Origin: Candidatus Hadarchaeales archaeon
Lineage (GTDB): Archaea; Hadarchaeota; Hadarchaeia; Hadarchaeales; Hadarchaeaceae
DNA: 32,000 nt
Assembly: GCA_038823825.1 (NCBI GenBank)
Contig: JAWBCC010000001.1
Span: 420,001 to 452,000 of the forward strand
Direction of reading: 5' to 3'
A program made the translations under genes and the position numbers. Shown here piece by piece: positions 26,760 through 32,000 of the stretch (its first letter is position 1; every line of letters begins with the position of its first letter). A model generated the notes under the pieces. That model did not search any database. It saw only the letters and a program-made list of their open reading frames with translations, and had not been told where the DNA came from.

Positions 26760-26990
26760 TCACCTTATGCCGAGATCATTGAGTTTTTTCAAAATTTCCT
26801 CGTCGGGTGTATTCTTATTTATGTCTATTTTTTTATCCGTTGGTTCCAGATGTGCAATGTTACAACGTCTCTTTCTGACTCTTGGACCGATGACCACAAC
26901 GAAGTTCCTATCAAGCACGTCCACTATCACGCATTTTTCGCCGGCCTCCCTACCCGCGATTTTCACGCAAACCCTTCCGATTTCCATCAT
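26760..26990 (-). CDS. rpl14e: Ribosomal protein eL14 (L14e)
   Basis: MEIGRVCVKIAGREAGEKCVIVDVLDRNFVVVIGPRVRKRRCNIAHLEPT. Confidence 0.96.
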   Translation of the reverse strand: MMEIGRVCVKIAGREAGEKCVIVDVLDRNFVVVIGPRVRKRRCNIAHLEPTDKKIDINKNTPDEEILKKLNDLGIR

Positions 26991-27531
26991 TTACCTTCCT
27001 CCCAAAGAGTATTGCGCGCGTAACTGTCCATATTATCTCCTTCATCTTCTCGATAGATATTTTCTCGGTGTTTAATACGATATCGTAAGGGGAGTAGTCC
27101 GACAGATCAATTCCATAGAATTTTTTGAATCTTTTTTCCTCGCTCTTTTCGCGCTTCACTGTCTCCCTCAGCACGTCCTTATAAAGTCTTCCTTCTCTCT
27201 CGGCGATTCTCTTTACCCTCGTCTCAAGCGGAGCCGTCAGAAGTATCTTTAAATCTGCGTTTTCCACGAGCCATCCAGCAAGCCTTGCGTCCACCAACAC
27301 GTTGCCTTTCTTAGCCTCCTCGATCGTCCTCCTGTCTATTTCCTCATCGATCTTCTTGTTTCTTTCCGCATACTTAGAAAAATCTTCAAGTGACATGCCC
27401 TTCTCTGCAGCCATTTTTCTGAATATCTCGCCGGCTGATATATATCGCAGACCCAGCTTTTTCGCGAGAAATTTAGCCACTGTGGTCTTGCCTGCACCGT
27501 GGGGTCCACTTACGGCTACAACCACCATCAA
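26950..27531 (-). CDS. cmk: Cytidylate kinase, archaeal type
   Basis: VVAVSGPHGAGKTTVAKFLAKKLGLRYISAGEIFRKMAAEKGMSLEDFSKYAE P-loop kinase. Confidence 0.93.
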   Translation of the reverse strand: MMVVVAVSGPHGAGKTTVAKFLAKKLGLRYISAGEIFRKMAAEKGMSLEDFSKYAERNKKIDEEIDRRTIEEAKKGNVLVDARLAGWLVENADLKILLTAPLETRVKRIAEREGRLYKDVLRETVKREKSEEKRFKKFYGIDLSDYSPYDIVLNTEKISIEKMKEIIWTVTRAILFGRKVNDGNRKGLRENRG

Positions 27532-27533
27532 AA

Positions 27534-27791
27534 TCAGACCCTTGCCAGCTCCTTGATTATCCTTCTAGAACATGACGGACAGAGATTTCCTCCGTAAGGC
27601 CTGTTTGGTCTCCTAGAACTTCTGGGAATTTTTGAAAGTTCTGATGGTCTAACCCGAGGAACCCCGGCAAGAATGGCTCCACACATGCCACATCTGGCAG
27701 GTTTTGCGGCCACTTTGCCTATGTGAACCTTCGATTTGCCCCCAGGAGTTTTCACAAACCGCTTAGGTGCTCTTCTCTCGCTTTTTTTCAT
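27534..27791 (-). CDS. rpl34e: Ribosomal protein eL34 (L34e)
   Basis: CGMCGAILAGVPRVRPSELSKIPRSSRRPNRPYGGNLCPSCSRRII. Confidence 0.95.
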   Translation of the reverse strand: MKKSERRAPKRFVKTPGGKSKVHIGKVAAKPARCGMCGAILAGVPRVRPSELSKIPRSSRRPNRPYGGNLCPSCSRRIIKELARV

Positions 27792-28633
27792 GTTTTCACC
27801 TCGGTTTGCTGTGGTTTACTCGGTTTCTGGATGCTTGGCACTAGGATGGGTCTGAGAAGAACGGAAAATGCCATAAAAGTCAGAAAATACCACCAGCCAA
27901 AACCACACGCAACCCATTTTCCATAGATTGGCAGACTGAGGCTAAAAGGAAGCCAAGTCACTACCCACCCGCTAAAAGCTTTTGCCAGCACAACCCACAA
28001 GATTAGAAGAGGTACAAGATAGTAAATCGATGGTTTCATCGTCTCGGACATTATAATCGTCTGCATCCTAGAAATCTCGGGCTTTCTCTGGTCTAGCTTG
28101 AGCAATCTTTTTCTGTCTTGTTTACGGAGAGCATCTCTATATTCGTTCCAGAATTCTGTCACTTGTGCTTGATAGTTGGAAACCAGCTCCCAGTTGACAA
28201 CCCATTTGTTTGCAAGCGTGACTAGGAGCGAAAGCAGAAATGTCAAAAACAAAATGAATACTGAAGAAAACTTGTGAATCGGCGAAATCGACATGCCCAG
28301 CTTTTCTCCAGCTTTGACTATTTCTTCCCTGAGAGAGCGGATATTTTCCTCCACTGGTCTTGATGATAAACTGAGTTCAGAAAATCTGGACAAAATCTGC
28401 TGGTTAAGCTCGTTATCTACGTTTTCCAATTGTGGTGCTATGTCTTGGCGATAGAGCTGCTCAATTTGTGAGAGACGAGCTCCCAACTCCTCACCCTTCC
28501 GAAGGCTAACGATTGTCGAATCTATTCCTCTCATGATCTCTGCAATCCTATCGTCACTTTTAGCCGAAACACCTATCGCCGTCAGCGCAATTACGGCCGC
28601 TATCAACACGATCGCGGTTATCAACTTTTTCAT
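27788..28633 (-). CDS. DUF106/EMC3-TMCO1-like (YidC/Oxa1 superfamily) membrane protein with N-terminal secretory extension
   Basis: Hydrophobic core with coiled-coil loop (YQAQVTEFWNEYRDALRKQDRKRLLKLDQRKPEISRMQTIIMSETMKPSIYYLVPLLILW) and conserved synteny (adkA - this gene - rpl34e - cmk). Confidence 0.82.
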   Translation of the reverse strand: MKKLITAIVLIAAVIALTAIGVSAKSDDRIAEIMRGIDSTIVSLRKGEELGARLSQIEQLYRQDIAPQLENVDNELNQQILSRFSELSLSSRPVEENIRSLREEIVKAGEKLGMSISPIHKFSSVFILFLTFLLSLLVTLANKWVVNWELVSNYQAQVTEFWNEYRDALRKQDRKRLLKLDQRKPEISRMQTIIMSETMKPSIYYLVPLLILWVVLAKAFSGWVVTWLPFSLSLPIYGKWVACGFGWWYFLTFMAFSVLLRPILVPSIQKPSKPQQTEVKT

Positions 28634-29205
28634 TTTAGCACCTCCACTATATTCTCTACAGCCTCATTTAACCTCCCCTCACGGTTCTGAACGATCTTTA
28701 TCGCGGCTCCGGTGAAAGCGGCATATGCCATTGCTATGGCTCTGTTCATCTGCTGATGCTCGTCTATTTCCTCGAGTCTGTCCTGGTCTCGCATTCTGTC
28801 CATATCTTTCTGTCTTCTACCAAATATCTCGGCCGGTTCTGCTTCAACGAGTATCAAAACATCTGGCCTCAATTCTTCTAGCACCCAAACAGGAAGACCT
28901 GGATAATATCCCTCGGGCTTTTTTATCAAGCAATGCGTGTCCACGATCACATTTGATTCCTCTGCCATCTTCGCGATTTTTTTCCCAGCTTCCCTCTGAA
29001 TCTTCCGATAAACCAAGGTCCCTATTTTTCTCATTTCATCTCTGTGTTTAACGCCAAGTTTTTCCGACATTATCTCGAACATAACATCTCCGTAATTGAC
29101 CACCTTATACTTTACACCCATTGTTTCAAGCCTTCTGAGAGCTTCTCTCATCACCGTTGTCTTCCCACTTCCCGGCACTCCTGTTATTACCACAACTCTA
29201 TTCAC
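28630..29205 (-). CDS. adkA: Adenylate kinase, archaeal AdkA type
   Basis: MNRVVVITGVPGSGKTTVMREALRRLE, IVDTHCLIKKPEGYYPGLP, and EIDEHQQMNRAIAMAYAAFTGAAIKIV. Confidence 0.95.
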   Translation of the reverse strand: MNRVVVITGVPGSGKTTVMREALRRLETMGVKYKVVNYGDVMFEIMSEKLGVKHRDEMRKIGTLVYRKIQREAGKKIAKMAEESNVIVDTHCLIKKPEGYYPGLPVWVLEELRPDVLILVEAEPAEIFGRRQKDMDRMRDQDRLEEIDEHQQMNRAIAMAYAAFTGAAIKIVQNREGRLNEAVENIVEVLK

Positions 29206-30535
29206 CGAATAACCTCCTGACAGCGGGGAACATTTCCGCCAACTGTTCTCTCGCCATTTGTTCGTAGAGAGAGTATATTATTCCGACAGTCAGAAGAATG
29301 CCTGTTCCGCTGCCGGGTGTTCCCAGCATGTCTGCACCCAGCGAAATCAATGCAACTGCTAGCGAACCGAGTATGGTCGCAGGTATTAGGTATTTTCCGA
29401 TGACTGCCTCAAGGACTTTTGGGTCCTTTCTGTACCCTGGAATCGTCATGCCGGATTCATCGAGTTGCTGTGCGATGTCCTTCGGCGACATTCCGGTCAT
29501 ATATATCCACATCAAACCAAAAGCTACGGATAGGGAAATCAAAAGAATTCCATAAATTAAAATCCTGAGTGGATTAGCCAGGACGTCCCACACGCCGTTT
29601 GGTGGATGTACAAAATTGCTTAACCACTGCGCTCCGACCAGAGATGAGAATAGCCTTATGTTTGCGAAAATCGTCATGGCAAGGATAACTGGAATATTCG
29701 AGGTGTAGAGGAACTTTATCGGATATCTTCCTCTCATTCCTCCGTATTTTGCCAGCGTCACGGGCACCTCCACCCTAACACTTTCGAGATATACCACGAC
29801 CAGAAAGATTAGGATAACTCCAACAACGCCCATCATATTGACTGGGCCTGGCGCAAAGAATGCGCTGAGTGGATTCTCTCCTGCCATCACGTCCCTTATA
29901 AAAACTGGTATCGCTCCGGTCCTCAAATTGAAAGTCTGCCAGAATACTGTCATCGCAACTCCTCCGGCTATGAAAAGACTGACCCCACTGCCAAATCCAT
30001 ATTTCGAGACAATTTCATCGAGATATATGACAATTATTCCACCTAGCGTTAGTTGGGCGACTATGGCAATTCCGGCTAAACTCGTAAGCTTTACGCCATA
30101 TCTCCCAGCTAGAACAAGCATGGTTCCCTCAAATATTGCCATCAGAATCGCCAGAAGCTTCTGAGAACTCGTAAACACTGCCCTATCTTGTGAATCGGAT
30201 AGATCCAGGTTGATTATCTTACTCCCTACGAGCAACTGCATTATAATGCCGGCAGTGACTATCGGGCCTATACCTAACTCCATCAAGGTTCCAGTCTGAC
30301 TAGCGAACACAAACCTGAGCTGGCCGAGCAGTTCGCTAACTCCGAAACCCTTAGGTATCCCGTAAAGCGGAATCTGTGCCATGACGAAAAAAAGAACAAG
30401 AGCAAGAATCGTCCAAAAGAACTTCTCTTTAAACGAAACGTGACGCTTTGGAACCGAAATCTCCGGAAGTTTTCTTAAAATGGGTTCAAAAGCGTAAAGC
30501 TTCGAGCGTGGCTTTTCGGTTTCCTCCGCCATCAT
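29198..30535 (-). CDS. secY: Protein translocase subunit SecY
   Basis: QIPLYGIPK..., GIGPIVTAGIIMQLLVGSKII, YGFGSGVSLFIAGGVA, and TGMSPKDIAQQLDESGMTIPGYR. Confidence 0.97.
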   Translation of the reverse strand: MMAEETEKPRSKLYAFEPILRKLPEISVPKRHVSFKEKFFWTILALVLFFVMAQIPLYGIPKGFGVSELLGQLRFVFASQTGTLMELGIGPIVTAGIIMQLLVGSKIINLDLSDSQDRAVFTSSQKLLAILMAIFEGTMLVLAGRYGVKLTSLAGIAIVAQLTLGGIIVIYLDEIVSKYGFGSGVSLFIAGGVAMTVFWQTFNLRTGAIPVFIRDVMAGENPLSAFFAPGPVNMMGVVGVILIFLVVVYLESVRVEVPVTLAKYGGMRGRYPIKFLYTSNIPVILAMTIFANIRLFSSLVGAQWLSNFVHPPNGVWDVLANPLRILIYGILLISLSVAFGLMWIYMTGMSPKDIAQQLDESGMTIPGYRKDPKVLEAVIGKYLIPATILGSLAVALISLGADMLGTPGSGTGILLTVGIIYSLYEQMAREQLAEMFPAVRRLFGE

Positions 30536-30972
30536 TAGTCACCGGTTGAAACCCGTCCACCAGCCTCCTCTATTTTTCTTCTGGCCTCGCTAGAGATTTT
30601 ATCGGCTATTATCTCCATCGGGTGTTTGACTTCACCTCCACCCAAAACCTTCGAAAACCCAAGCTTCCTAACATCTATTTTATAGATATCTCCCTCCTTG
30701 GTCGCGAGCCCCTTTTCGACAAGCTCCTCTATTCTCTCATCGAGCTCTCCCACATTCACCGCTTCCTGCTCCCTTCTGGTAGGCGGAAAGAACCCGTGCT
30801 TTCCGAAATAATCCGGCGCGTAGTGGATTATGTATGACCACTTATGTTTGTGACCACCCGCCATTCCTTTACCGCCCCTCTCGCCGCTACCTCTTCCCCG
30901 CTTCGCACATCCTCTCCCGTGTGTCCTGCTGCCCCTCTTTTTCTTCACTTTCTTCCTTCTTCTTACAACCAT
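30535..30972 (-). CDS. rpl15: Ribosomal protein uL15
   Basis: RGSRTHGRGCAKRGRGSGERGGKGMAGGHKHKW and YFGKHGFFPPTRRE. Confidence 0.96.
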   Translation of the reverse strand: MVVRRRKKVKKKRGSRTHGRGCAKRGRGSGERGGKGMAGGHKHKWSYIIHYAPDYFGKHGFFPPTRREQEAVNVGELDERIEELVEKGLATKEGDIYKIDVRKLGFSKVLGGGEVKHPMEIIADKISSEARRKIEEAGGRVSTGD

Positions 30973-30981
30973 CTTTTCACC

Positions 30982-31443
30982 TCATACCATCCGTTTGATC
31001 AGATCGTTTATTTTATCTCCACAGTAACCTAAGCTTCCACCTTCGCTCACAGATTTTTTCGTGGACTTGTACCCCTTTCGCGGAGGATGAAGACGGAAAA
31101 CTCTTTTAAGGCCCGGAAGCTGTCGGATGGAGATTTTGTCCGAGCAAATTGCCTCAGCTATCTCTCGAAATGAACTGAAACCCCAAGATTTGAGGGTTTC
31201 CTCATCGATTTTTCTGTTCCCGATCAGTCGTCCTCTTTTTGCTATCAAGATTTCTAGCGTTTCCGGATTTATCTCCCCCCAAGTTATGTAATCTTTTGCC
31301 TTTTGCAACATGCCCATTAGAGACGGCGTATCATCAACGATCACGCAGTGATTTACTCTTGTTAGCCCTAACATTCTGAGAGTATCTATCACATCTCCCC
31401 TCGCCCGTATTCCTCCTCGCACTCTAACTACTGCCAGTTTCAC
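30982..31443 (-). CDS. rpl30: Ribosomal protein uL30
   Basis: [60 protein letters not shown] at 31443 is the likely start; the track start at 31470 would overlap rps5 by 47 nt. Confidence 0.94.
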   Translation of the reverse strand: MKLAVVRVRGGIRARGDVIDTLRMLGLTRVNHCVIVDDTPSLMGMLQKAKDYITWGEINPETLEILIAKRGRLIGNRKIDEETLKSWGFSSFREIAEAICSDKISIRQLPGLKRVFRLHPPRKGYKSTKKSVSEGGSLGYCGDKINDLIKRMV

Positions 31444-31999
31444 CGGAAACACCCGCCCTACCAATGACAACGTTCCTAAGCTGATCTAGGGATGCTACCC
31501 TCGTAGTGTTTTTTAGAGCGCTGAAAGTTGCGAAAGCAAAGTTAATGGTCGTACGAGTCTCCCCTTCCGTATGGGTCCAAGCATCCTTTATCCCACTAAG
31601 TCTCAGGATTATCTTTGGAATCTCTGCCGCGACCAAACCCAGTCCTCTCGGACCGGGTTTTATTCTGATTATTGTGCTACCATTTTTTCCTTCTACTTCC
31701 CAAGGTACAGAATGTGGTCTGCCGCACCTGCACTCCCAGCTTCCACAACCGCGCGCGATCTCCGTTATGTTGAGTTTGGCGGCTGCGGTGGCCTTCCTTA
31801 TGGCTTGGCTGATCTCTCTGGCTCTGCTTTTACCCACACCGATCAATCCGTCTCCATTTCCCACAACTGCGACGACCTGATATCTAGTCCTTCTCCCTGA
31901 CTTGTGCATACGTTGTGTTAGATTAATGGAGAGAACTTCCTCTTTAAGATCTGGAACAAGGGCATCTACTATCTCCGGTTCCATAATTTTCTTCCCAGA
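31424..31999 (-). CDS. rps5: Ribosomal protein uS5, 5' end beyond window edge
   Basis: [15 protein letters not shown]-like segment ([37 protein letters not shown]), [17 protein letters not shown], and [27 protein letters not shown]. The reading frame continues upstream of the 31984 ATG ([18 protein letters not shown]), so the true start is outside the window. Confidence 0.95.
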   Translation of the reverse strand, partial: SGKKIMEPEIVDALVPDLKEEVLSINLTQRMHKSGRRTRYQVVAVVGNGDGLIGVGKSRAREISQAIRKATAAAKLNITEIARGCGSWECRCGRPHSVPWEVEGKNGSTIIRIKPGPRGLGLVAAEIPKIILRLSGIKDAWTHTEGETRTTINFAFATFSALKNTTRVASLDQLRNVVIGRAGVSGETGSS

Positions 32000-32000
32000 G

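Noticed and set aside
31506-31880. 124-aa plus-strand ORF antisense to rps5
   Set aside because: Pro/Ser-rich shadow translation over a highly conserved ribosomal protein gene.
1-32000. CRISPR arrays, transposases, integrases, toxin-antitoxin, restriction-modification or phage modules
   Set aside because: No regularly spaced repeats, no terminal inverted repeats around ORFs, and no recognisable nuclease, integrase or methyltransferase in any listed ORF.

Overview
This 32 kb window is archaeal and looks euryarchaeal by protein families and gene order. It is densely packed, mostly with conserved information-processing and metabolic genes. Left to right: (1) the 3' part of EPSP synthase (aroA). 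(2) A ~4 kb accessory-looking patch with a 1047-aa predicted secreted protein and a convergent 261-aa membrane-anchored protein, neither assignable to a family. (3) albA and aspS. (4) A metallophosphoesterase and a geranylgeranyl reductase/ferredoxin pair. (5) A PiT phosphate permease with a DUF47 (PhoU-like) protein. (6) A long co-directional minus-strand run, ~10.7-20.7 kb: dph2, csl4, a 63-aa orphan, rpoL, DUF99, ER-type signal peptidase, NUDIX, tfs, a small OB-fold protein, pcn, priL, priS, gins51, rpl44e, rps27e, eIF2alpha, nop10 (missed by the ORF track because it is only 55 aa) and a PAC2-family chaperone. (7) A Mer-like F420-dependent reductase divergent from cofE and cofD. (8) A PHP phosphoesterase convergent with an archaeal form III-like RuBisCO. 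(9) The conserved secY-side ribosomal segment: cbf5, rpl14e, cmk, rpl34e, an EMC3/DUF106-type membrane protein, adkA, secY, rpl15, rpl30, rps5 (partial). I see no CRISPR array, transposase, rRNA or convincing tRNA. I do not find a convincing novel defence or mobile system. The best candidates for undescribed biology are the giant secreted protein with its convergent neighbour, the small OB-fold protein between tfs and pcn, the 63-aa protein between csl4 and rpoL, and the secretory-type N-terminal extension on the EMC3-like protein. Family calls are from motif recognition only; no database search was run.
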